Part shown: positions 46,838-56,072 of the stretch, piece after piece
Position numbering within the stretch: position 1 is the stretch's first letter
Layout: each line of letters begins with the position of its first letter
NCBI GenBank assembly: GCA_963742295.1
Contig: CAVULI010000007.1
Span: 213,372 to 277,371, forward strand
DNA length: 64,000 nt
DNA from: an uncultured Verrucomicrobiae bacterium
GTDB taxonomy: Bacteria > Verrucomicrobiota > Verrucomicrobiia > Chthoniobacterales > UBA10450
Reading direction: 5' to 3'
Notes under the pieces: model-generated
The model's database searches: none
What the model was told of the DNA's origin: nothing
Seen by the model: the letters and a program-made list of their open reading frames with translations, nothing else
Made by a program: the position numbers and the translations under genes

Positions 46838-48916
46838 ATGTCCGCGAAGAGAAAAGAGAAAAAGAATTGGCTCGGTGATGTTTTGCTCGGGCTGTTCCTG
46901 GTCATTATCACCGTGGCCGCGTATCAAAGCGTCTGGCACGCCGGCTACATCTGGGACGACGACGTTTACGTTACGACGAACCCGCTCCTGACCGCGCCCG
47001 ATGGATTGAAGCGCATTTGGTTTTCGCTCGATTCGCCGTCGCAATACTTTCCGCTCGTTTACACTACCTTCCGTCTCGAGCACGCGCTCTGGGGATTGAA
47101 CGCGGTGGGATATCACTGGGTAAACATTTTCCTGCACGCGGCGAACGCGCTGCTCGTCTGGATTCTTCTGCGCACGCTCCGCATCCCCGGCGCTTGGTTG
47201 GCCGCCGCCCTCTTTGCCTTGCATCCGGTGCAGGTGGAATCGGTCGCCTGGATCACCGAGCGCAAGAACGTGCTCATGGGATTTTTCTTTTTGCTCGCAC
47301 TCATTTGCTGGGCGCGTTTTATCCGGAAGGAACAACAAGGACGCTGGTGGCTTTACGGCGCGGCGCTTGTTCTCTACGTGCTGTCTCTGGCGAGCAAGAC
47401 GACCGCCTGCACCATGCCGGCGGCGCTGCTTCTGATTCTCTGGCTCAAACACAAACCGATCACGCTCGCGCGCATCGCGCAGGTAACGCCGTTTGTTCTA
47501 CTCGGCATCGCGATGGGTTTGGTCACGATCTGGTGGGAGCGTTACCATCAGGGGACACAAGGTCAGACCTTCGCCATCGGTTTTGGCGATCGCATCCTGG
47601 TCGCGAGCCGCGCCATCTGGTTTTATCTGGGAAAGCTGGTTTGGCCTAACGAGTTGTCATTCAGCTATCCGCGCTGGCCCGTCTCGCTGGCCAATCCGCT
47701 CGATTTCATCTGGGTAGGCATGACCATTGCCGCCATTCTGCTCATCTGGTTCCTGCGGCGTTACACGGGTCGCAGCGTCGAAGTCGCGTTCGCATTTTTC
47801 GTGGCCACGCTCACGCCGGTTCTTGGTTTCATCATGCTTTACACCTTCCGCTATTCGTGGGTGGCGGATCATTACCAATACCTGGCCTGTCTCGGGCCGC
47901 TGGCGCTGGCGGCGGCAGGAATCGATCTCGTTTCGCAAAAGTACGGGCGAGCGGTGAATTGGGTCGTGGCGATTGGTGGTGCGGCGCTCTTGTTCTCGTT
48001 AGGCAGGCTTACTTGGAAACAAGGAGCCATCTATGCCGATGAGGAAACACTCTGGCGCGCCACGCTGGTGACCAATCCGAACAGCTGGCTGGCGCACAAT
48101 AATCTGGGGATTCGTTACGCGCAGACCGGGCGGATGGAAGAGGAACTGGCTGAATACCGCAGAGCGGTTGAACTCGACCCCGATTACGCCGAGGCGCATA
48201 ACAACCTTGGCAATGCCTATGCGCGTCGTGGCCAGGCGGAAGAAGCTATCGCTGAGTATGACAAAGCGCTCAAGTTGCATCCACGCATGTCCACCGCGCA
48301 TGCCAATGCTGCTACCTTGCTGCTCAAGCTCGGCCGCACCAGCGAAGCGATCGATCATCTGCAAAAGCAACTCGTGCTTGAACCGCGTAACGCCGAACTC
48401 AAGCGCTCGTTAGGCGATTTGCTCGCGCGTGAAAACAAGCCGGCCGAAGCGATTGAAAATTGGAAACAGGCGCTCGAATCCAACCCGAAGGATGCCGAGG
48501 CCGCGGCCAATCTGGGTCGCGCGCTCGCCGAGTCCGGGCAGGTGCAGGAGGGTCTGGTCTATCTGCGCCAAGCGGCGGAGTTGACGCCCGACAGCGCCGA
48601 AGCGCATTACAATTACGCCACGGCGCTTCTGCAACTTGGTCGAATAACTGAAGCCATCACGGAATACCGCGCGGCCTTGAAAATTCGGGACGATTATCCC
48701 GCCGCGCATTTGAATCTGGCCAATTCCTATCTGCAAAGCGATCGTGCGGAAGAAGCAATCGCCGAATACAACCGCGCCTTGGAATTGCGGCCTGACTACA
48801 TCGCCGCGCACAAGAACCTGGCCCGCGTCCTGCACGACATGGGCCGCGAAGACGAGGCGCGGTCGCATGCGGAACGCGCGGCGCAGCTTGAAACACAGCC
48901 GGGCGACGGCAGGTAG
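46838..48916 (+). CDS. Membrane glycosyltransferase (PMT/ArnT-like, GT-C) fused to C-terminal TPR repeats
   Basis: About 692 aa with roughly 11 TM segments (YIWDDDVYV..., DUF1736-like region), then at least 7 TPR units (AHNNLG..Y...G...EAI..Y..AL.L.P). Confidence 0.75.
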   Translation: MSAKRKEKKNWLGDVLLGLFLVIITVAAYQSVWHAGYIWDDDVYVTTNPLLTAPDGLKRIWFSLDSPSQYFPLVYTTFRLEHALWGLNAVGYHWVNIFLHAANALLVWILLRTLRIPGAWLAAALFALHPVQVESVAWITERKNVLMGFFFLLALICWARFIRKEQQGRWWLYGAALVLYVLSLASKTTACTMPAALLLILWLKHKPITLARIAQVTPFVLLGIAMGLVTIWWERYHQGTQGQTFAIGFGDRILVASRAIWFYLGKLVWPNELSFSYPRWPVSLANPLDFIWVGMTIAAILLIWFLRRYTGRSVEVAFAFFVATLTPVLGFIMLYTFRYSWVADHYQYLACLGPLALAAAGIDLVSQKYGRAVNWVVAIGGAALLFSLGRLTWKQGAIYADEETLWRATLVTNPNSWLAHNNLGIRYAQTGRMEEELAEYRRAVELDPDYAEAHNNLGNAYARRGQAEEAIAEYDKALKLHPRMSTAHANAATLLLKLGRTSEAIDHLQKQLVLEPRNAELKRSLGDLLARENKPAEAIENWKQALESNPKDAEAAANLGRALAESGQVQEGLVYLRQAAELTPDSAEAHYNYATALLQLGRITEAITEYRAALKIRDDYPAAHLNLANSYLQSDRAEEAIAEYNRALELRPDYIAAHKNLARVLHDMGREDEARSHAERAAQLETQPGDGR

Positions 48917-49070
48917 CACTCTTCGTTTCCGCGGCAAGAGCCTCGCGCAACGGACGCAAAGGACGCAACGGAATCTCTCGTCGGTGAACCTACGCGAACC
49001 GAGGGCTTCTGTCCTGAATGTGAAGCCAGCGCTTGCTAGTCGCGCGCCGGGTAGCTACAAGGCATCGACC

Positions 49071-49709
49071 ATGCGAAAGATTCTTGGCGCGGCGTTGATT
49101 TTTGGAGCGATTCTTTTCGCTCAACCGCGCGCCATTGCTACCACCAAAGGTCTTAGCCAGATCGTCACGCCCGAACTGGAGGATCCGGGCGATCTTTCCG
49201 TGAGCCTTCAGCTTCAGAATAAATACATCGGCAATCCTTACCAACTCCAGGCCGAGATGGGCCTGACCAGTTTTGCCGAGGTCGCGGTCTTTCGCGGCTT
49301 TGAGCCTAACGAATGGATTTTCGGCACAGAGTTCGGAATCCTGCGCAAAGAACCCGTCCTGCTCTCGATCGGTTTCATTAACTGGTCGCCGAAAGAGCAT
49401 GTCGATCCGCAACCGTACATCGAACTCGGTTATTACACCGAGCATCACAAACTAATCGTCGGCGGGATTCACGCCGGTTATCACAACGAAGTCATCCTTG
49501 GTTACGCCTACGACTTCAACAAAACCTGGCGCGCCCAGGTCGATTTCCAGAGCGGCCCGGGCAATTCCGTGACTTTCGGCGTGACCTGCAACATCACGCG
49601 CGACCTGCAGATGAATCCCGCGCTCTACATCAAGAATGATTATCCGCACGACATCCTCGGCTACGTCGTCTTTACCTATACCTTCCATCTTTGGGGCGAT
49701 CACAAGTAG
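49071..49709 (+). CDS. Hypothetical secreted protein, possible small outer-membrane beta-barrel
   Basis: Signal peptide MRKILGAALIFGAILFAQPRAIA, alternating hydrophobic strands and an aromatic-rich C-terminus. The track ORF extension from 48744 overlaps the previous gene. Confidence 0.45.
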   Translation: MRKILGAALIFGAILFAQPRAIATTKGLSQIVTPELEDPGDLSVSLQLQNKYIGNPYQLQAEMGLTSFAEVAVFRGFEPNEWIFGTEFGILRKEPVLLSIGFINWSPKEHVDPQPYIELGYYTEHHKLIVGGIHAGYHNEVILGYAYDFNKTWRAQVDFQSGPGNSVTFGVTCNITRDLQMNPALYIKNDYPHDILGYVVFTYTFHLWGDHK

Positions 49710-49717
49710 GACAAGCT

Positions 49718-49924
49718 ATGAAGGCGATGGAGTTCAAGTTTGAGTTTCACGACGGTCAGCTAACCAATCGCTACTCTTTCGATCCGCAGTCGGACGCGTG
49801 GACATCGACAATCCGGCAGAACGACAAAGGCGAGTGGAAGCTTTTCTGCGAAGGCAAGTTCACCCGCGCCAAGGAAAGTAAGAACCAGGGGATGAAAGAA
49901 GAGAGCAATCCTAGCTCTCGTTAG
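49718..49924 (+). CDS. Small hypothetical protein (68 aa)
   Basis: ATG 49718 encodes MKAMEFKFEFHDGQL.... The TAG stop lies inside a motif copy that forms the left arm of the 49917-49975 hairpin. Confidence 0.35.
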   Translation: MKAMEFKFEFHDGQLTNRYSFDPQSDAWTSTIRQNDKGEWKLFCEGKFTRAKESKNQGMKEESNPSSR

Positions 49925-49975
49925 GCATAAGCAGGTCTGAGCGCGAGGCAGAGGCGAGTCTCTCTGCCTAACGAG
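49917..49975. terminator. Hairpin formed by an inverted pair of the abundant motif (CTCGTTAGGCA ... TGCCTAACGAG); no T-tract
   Basis: Perfect 11-bp arms at 49917-49927 and 49965-49975, between two convergent genes (49718..49924 on + and 50009..51364 on -). Confidence 0.5.
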
Positions 49976-50008
49976 TAGTTACGTTGCCAAGCTTGCGCCG
50001 GTCAATCG

Positions 50009-51364
50009 TCAGGCGCGTTTGCGGCGCAGGAACAAGAGCAGCGGCGTGCCGAGCGCGAGCAAAGCAAATGACTGCGGTTCGGGCACGACGTTGATCGCAC
50101 CGGTGCCGGTGATTTGCCCGGAGAGGTTGGCCGCATTGTAAACACCGGGTGCCTGCGCGACGCCGTCGATAACGAGCGCGGCCACAGTGTCGCTGCCGGT
50201 GAAATTCAAATTGAGCGTATCGGTGCTGAGCAGGCTGAGAGTCGCCGTGTCGGCGATATAATTGTTCAGCACGCCAGTCTGGAGGGTGAGCTTCACGCTC
50301 GCAGCGGTGAGGCTGACGTTACCGGTCCCGAGAGCTCCATCGGCCGCCACGATCAACGTTCCCGTCGCGATGGTCGTTCCGCCCTGATAGGAGTTTGTGG
50401 TGTTATTGAGTCGAGCAACGGTCGTGGTAGGAGTTCCGCTTCCTGACGCAAAGGTGAGACCACCGACTCCGGAGATCGCGCCCGATAAGGTGATGCCGGT
50501 CGTGCCAGTGCTGAAGCTGTTGACGGTTAGATTCCCATTTAACGTGACCGGGCTGGACCACGTTACGTTGCCTGTGCTGGCCGTCCCCATCATGGTGGTT
50601 CCACCGGTGCCAGCCGCGACGGTGATGGGATTATTCAAAGTGCCTGATGAGGAGGTCGTCATCAGCGTCACGCTGCCCTGGCCGGCCTGCCCCAGAGTGA
50701 GGACGTTGCCTCCAGTTCCATTGAAAGCGTCGGGGTTGTTGAAAGTGACCGCACCCTTTTGCAGCAAAACACTACCTACAAAGGTGTTTGAATTACTAAT
50801 ACGGATCGCGCCCGGAAAAGCAGTCGCGCTTGTCACGGTGTTGCCGACGCTGCTGAAGGTAATGTTGCCCGTACCTTGAATCTGGGCGCCGATCAGAATC
50901 GCGCCGTTGTTACTGGAGCCCCCGCCTGTATTGATGATGTGCAGATCGTCCGCAAGGACCAGGTTGCCGCCACCGATACCGGTCGCAATGGACAAAAAAT
51001 TAGTCGTCCCGGTGTTCGGATTCGAATTACTGATCGTGGCAAAGCCAGCGCCAGCGTCGTCCTGGTCCATCGTGAGATTGGCGTTCAAGGTGACCGTGCG
51101 ATTAAAATTGCCGGTCCCGTTCAGGTTCAGTGTGCCGAGAATTATGCCGGGCGCAGCGACATCCATGGTGGTGGTCCCTCCGACTGTTGCATCCGGGAAG
51201 TTCGCGACTGCGCCGACTGCGTTAGGTACTCCGGTCCCGTTCCAGCCGGGGCTGGCGTTGCTACTCCAGTTTCCGGCGCCACCCGCCCAGTCCGATGCGG
51301 AGGCGTTGAGGGTGAGCGCAATTGAGATTGCGACGAGGACAATGACTCTGGGGAGAGTTTTCAT
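50009..51364 (-). CDS. PEP-CTERM-anchored protein with autotransporter-associated beta-strand repeats
   Basis: Signal peptide, then repeats of the type N-x-YxGxTxIxxGTL, and the C-terminal VPEPQSFALLALGTPLLLFLRRKRA. Confidence 0.8.
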   Translation of the reverse strand: MKTLPRVIVLVAISIALTLNASASDWAGGAGNWSSNASPGWNGTGVPNAVGAVANFPDATVGGTTTMDVAAPGIILGTLNLNGTGNFNRTVTLNANLTMDQDDAGAGFATISNSNPNTGTTNFLSIATGIGGGNLVLADDLHIINTGGGSSNNGAILIGAQIQGTGNITFSSVGNTVTSATAFPGAIRISNSNTFVGSVLLQKGAVTFNNPDAFNGTGGNVLTLGQAGQGSVTLMTTSSSGTLNNPITVAAGTGGTTMMGTASTGNVTWSSPVTLNGNLTVNSFSTGTTGITLSGAISGVGGLTFASGSGTPTTTVARLNNTTNSYQGGTTIATGTLIVAADGALGTGNVSLTAASVKLTLQTGVLNNYIADTATLSLLSTDTLNLNFTGSDTVAALVIDGVAQAPGVYNAANLSGQITGTGAINVVPEPQSFALLALGTPLLLFLRRKRA

Positions 51365-51512
51365 ATCTTGTTCGACTTGGGGGGTAGGGGGTTAGGAAAC
51401 TTCTGGTGAATACGAGCGTTTCAAAAAACCTAGACGCTGGCAATTCTTTTTTGAGAGAAAATGGCGCTAGCACGAACCGGCACCTGGCCGGAGCAAGGCA
51501 TAAGTCCGCGGC

Positions 51513-54500
51513 TCAGGCGCGGCGGCGACGAATCCGAGGAAGCACAACTAGCAGCACGCCACCGAGGACAAGCAGTGCGTACGTTTGCGGTTCGGGAACT
51601 ATATTAACCGCAAGATCGTTCCCGGTTCCCACTCTGCCTAACGAGTCGGTGCCCGTGAAGTTGTAAATGGCCGTGGCAGTGAATCCGGCCGGCACGCCAG
51701 TAATGTTAATAAAGGTTCCACTGATCGCATCCGCGGCGTCATTGGCCACGAGCAGGTAGGTCCCATTAAAGGCACCCGCTGGAATATTACTGAGCTGGAG
51801 CGCGAGAATTCCGCCGGTGATACCGAAGGTGCCAGTGAGGTTAAGCAGATCGGCGGAAGCCGCGCCGCCGTTGTTCAAGTTGATCTCGGCCAGGAAGGTG
51901 CCAGAGAGAGTTAGCTGGCGGGCGGTCCCGGCGCCGATCGCGAATGTGCCGATGCTGCTGCCGGGCGAAAGCGTGCCGCCGGGTTGAACAGTCACGGCGC
52001 TGGTCAAGCTGCCGGTGCCGCCCAGGGTGCCGCCGCTGTTGACTATAGTGGTTCCGCTAGCAGAGCCGTTCACGAGCAGGGTGCCAGCGTTGACCGTGTT
52101 GCCGCTGGTTGCGGCATTCGAGCCGTTGAAGACCAGGGTGCCACCGTTGATCACGTTCTGGGTTGAGGCACTCGAGCTGTTGAAGGTCATGGTGCCAGCG
52201 TTGATCACGTTCTGGGTTGCGGCATTCGAGCCGTTGATGACCATGGTGCCAGCGTTCATCACGTTCGCTCCTGTGTAGGTATTTGCAGCGGCACCCAGGG
52301 TCAAGGTGCCAGGGCCCGCCTTTGTTAGCGTAGACGGGCCGTTGCCGTTCGCGATCACTGAATTAATTGTCAGGTTGCCCGCGCCGTATTGTTGAACAAT
52401 CAGCTCGGAGTTTGCCGCAGTGTTGCTTTTCAACGTGCCATTATTGATCTGATAATCTTGCGCACCGACGAACAGCAACCCACCGGTGTTGAGAGTTAAT
52501 GTCTGCCCGCTCACAACATCCAACGACTGGCCTGCGCCAGAAGTATTGATTTTCAGCGAGTTCGTCGTGAGGCTGCCGGTGAGCGCGCTGCTACCGGTTA
52601 GCAACGGATTGTTGTTGTCAGAGCCGCTCGTAACAAAAGAATCATAAGTGGTGAAAGCGGTGATCGCTGTATCGGCGGCGCCCGAATTGGTGCTCTTCGC
52701 CCAGTCGGCTGAACCCGTAGTGCCACCGACGGTGGCATAGCCGCCCAGAATTCCGAAACCTCCAAGATTATTCGTATCGGTGTCGGCAATGTTTGAGGCT
52801 CCGAAGTTCAAGGTCGAACCGGTATTGCGGGTGATGGCGTTCATCCGAAGAACAGAAGTGCCGGAGTCCCTTGTGACGGACGAAGCACCCGCGTTAAGGG
52901 TTGTTGAGGCGACCACTTCCGTGTGCGATCCGCCGGAAAGGTTCAGCGTACCGCCGCCAAGGATTAACGCAGCCCCATCCGCGAGCTTGGTTGTATTATT
53001 CGTGCTGTAATCCAAAGTCAGGGTCCCGGCGTTACACGCTCGTCGCGCCGGCGTAAGTCTCCATGCCCGACAACGTCAACGTGCCCGTGCCAGTGACCTT
53101 GATGAGTCCGCCGGCGCCGCTAATCGGGCCAGCCCAGTTTGCGGTCACGCCGTTGGCGACGTTGGCGAGGACGGTGCCCGGGCTGATGGCGTCACCCAGA
53201 AAAATGGCGTTGTTGATGGTCGAATTCTGCAGCGGATTAATGGACGCGGAAGTTCCAATCCCTGAAGCGTTAGTACCCTCGACCGTAATCAGACCTGTCG
53301 GGAGCGACCCGGAATTGTAGGCGATGAAAGTACTGTTCCCGCCTTCCATTACGATCGGTGCATAGCCGATCGGCGTGCCCAAAAACGACACCTGGGCGGT
53401 GAAGCCGCCCTCGCCGATGCGGAATCCACCGGCGTTGCTGTAGTTGCCGGTGAGAAGGTCGCGGCCATTGCTGAGGAAGAATTGCGCGGGGCCGGAAATG
53501 TTGCCGCTCAAAGTGGTCGAGCCCATGCCGCTGCCGCTGCCGCCTTGCAGACGGGCAGGGCTGTTCAGAGTGATGTTACCACTCAGGGTCTGCGAGCCGA
53601 GGTTGTTATTTACGGGCGAGATCGATGGAATGAAGCCAAACGTCGGCGCCAGGCCCGCGGCATCGAGCCATCCGTTGTCGACGATGATGTCGCGCCCCAT
53701 GATCGCTCCGTTCCCCGCGCCGGCAATGCTGAGCGAAAAGAGATTGTTGATCAGGTGGGCATCGTTGGCGGACACTCCCATCGTGATCGCGCCCTGGCCG
53801 GCGAGGGTCTGGCTGGTATTGATGTTGAAGGTTCCGCCGCGGACTTCGATCGCGCCCACAAAGGTGTTCGTGGCCAGCGTCGTGATGGTGAAACCGAGAC
53901 CATTCGTTATGGTTCCGCTCAGTCCGGAAAGATCTCCATTGAGGAGGAGCGTGGCGCTGTTGGTGTTGATCAGCCCGTCCGTGCCCGTGATCGCGCTGTT
54001 GATCGTGGTGCCGCCGGCGCCGGAGCTTCCGGCGAAGAAGATGCCGGGGTTGGCGCCGAAGGCGATCGTGCCGCCGTTGTAGGTCCGCGTGCCGGTAATG
54101 TTCAGCATCATTCCCGAGTTAACGCCAGCGTCTGACCGCGCCGCAATGGTCGTGATAAACGTGCCCGTGCTCTTGATCGCGTTGACGTGACGGAGGACGG
54201 CACACTGGCCGCCGCAGTCGTGAAGACATTCGTCCCGGCGGTGTTGAAGTCAGTGGCGTAGCTGGTGTAAGTTCGTCAGGCCGGTCGCGCCGTTGTAAGT
54301 CACAAAATCAGTCGAGCTGACGACGCGCGGCAGAATTCCGGTCGCGTCTGGGGTCGGCATCGTGCCGTTGATAAACATCTTGCTCGCGGCGCCGAGTGTA
54401 GAGGAGGTGACCTGAAGCGTGGCCCGCGGTGCCAGCGTCAGATTACCATTCGCGGTTACGGTGACGGTGCCGCCCGCGCCATTCGGGGTCAGGGTGACGT

Positions 54501-55895
54501 TGTTATAACCGCCGAGCGATGTTCAGGTTCCCGAAAGTCTCGCTCGCCTGCGGCCGTGGCCAGGCCTCGATAGACGAAAGCACCATCGCGCAGCAGGATC
54601 TCCGCATCGTCGCGGATGCGGTTGTTGTTCTGCGCCGCCGCAATCGTCGGTGTGTCGCCGCCCGCGGCGAAAGCGAGGTTGTTATCGATAATGAATTGCG
54701 AACCCGCGACCGCCTGGATCGACGCCGCCCCGCCCAGGGAGCCGTTCGCGCCAAAGAGGGTCAAATTACTACCATTCGGGGCGCCCAGACCCCGATCCCC
54801 TACCAGCCTGACCAGGCTGGTGGCGTTCGTCCCCGAGATGAAATTGTTTCCCCCATTGAGGGTGGTGGTACCGGTGTAGGTATTGTTCCCGTGCATGGCG
54901 AAGCCATCCGGATTCCCCATGATGCCATTCTCCGTCAGGCCAAAGGTCTTGAGGAGCGAACCGTTGGAAAGAACGCCGTTCAATTGGAGCGCACGCCCCT
55001 GGCTCATGAAGGTGCCATTTATGGCGGTGCGGATAACCTGAGTGCCACCGCCCAGATCCAGATTACTCCCGATGCTGTTGCTTTGGAAGTTTCCGTTGTT
55101 GACGCCCATGACGGTGATGTCGCCCGTGACATGCAGCGAGCCGGTGCCGAAGACGCCGGCTCCGCCCACACCCGTCACTGGATTAAATCCCGCCGTATTG
55201 TTTGCCTGATTGACGAAGGTTAGCGCCGCGATCGTGATGTTGTTGTTGCCCAAATCGAAGAGGCCGTTCGAAACCCCGAGGCGCGTCGTCGCCGGCAGCA
55301 CGCTGGTGTTCATGATCTGGATGGTGCCGCCGAAAATGGGGTTGAAGCTAAAGTCGCTCCCGCCGCCAACGATGAGGTCGGCCCGAAGCACACCGCGAGC
55401 ATCGATGCCGAGGCCATTGCCGCTGAAATTCATCGGGCCGGCGAGTTGCAGTGTGCCCGCGCCAAGTTTGATGATGCCTAACGAGCCGTTGATCCCCGCG
55501 TTGATCGTGGCGGTGGCGCCCGGGGCCACGCTGATTAAACCCTGGCCGAGGGTGCTCGTGCCGGCCACAAAGGTGAGAGTATTCGCGCCCGATCCGTTCA
55601 GGGTGTAGCCGTCCACGGTAAAGTTCAGGCTGCTCACGTTGATTGGTGTCGTTAGGCTGATCGCGCCCACGCCCTTTGTACCGAAGATCGCGCCATCGCC
55701 ATTCGCGTTGTTCCACGCGCCGATGTCCCAATTCATATCGGTCGTGTTCCAGAGGAAGGTGCCGTCATCGTTGTTCCAGGTGACATCGGCGGCGCGGAGC
55801 GGGCTATGCATCGCGCCGGCTAAAAAGATTGTGGCCGCGAGCGCGAAAACGGCGCGGCGCGGAAAGGTCTGAAGCGGGGTGAATATTTGTTTCAT
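51513..55895 (-). CDS. Giant (about 1450 aa) PEP-CTERM adhesin-like protein of autotransporter-associated beta-strand repeats, broken into at least 3 ORFs by at least 5 frame disruptions
   Basis: The signal peptide is at 55895 (MKQIFT...AGAMHSPLRA) and the PEP-CTERM tail at 51513 (VPEPQTYALLVLGGVLLVVLPRIRRRRA). Repeat continuity across the breaks at about 53033, 54185, 54268, 54514 and 54543 is only restored by changing frame. Confidence 0.7.
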
Positions 55896-56072
55896 GGGGG
55901 TCTCCTTATGGGTCTTGCTTCGCCAGTTGTAATTGAGCGAAAGAAAAAAGAACAGTGTTTATTTCGGCGTTCGATGTCGGACTTTAGTCCTACTGTAATT
56001 GTCTCGACTTATCCTGTTTTCCTCTACACATTTTTCGCTTGATCTAACCCCTGTCCCCGTCCGTTCTATCTC

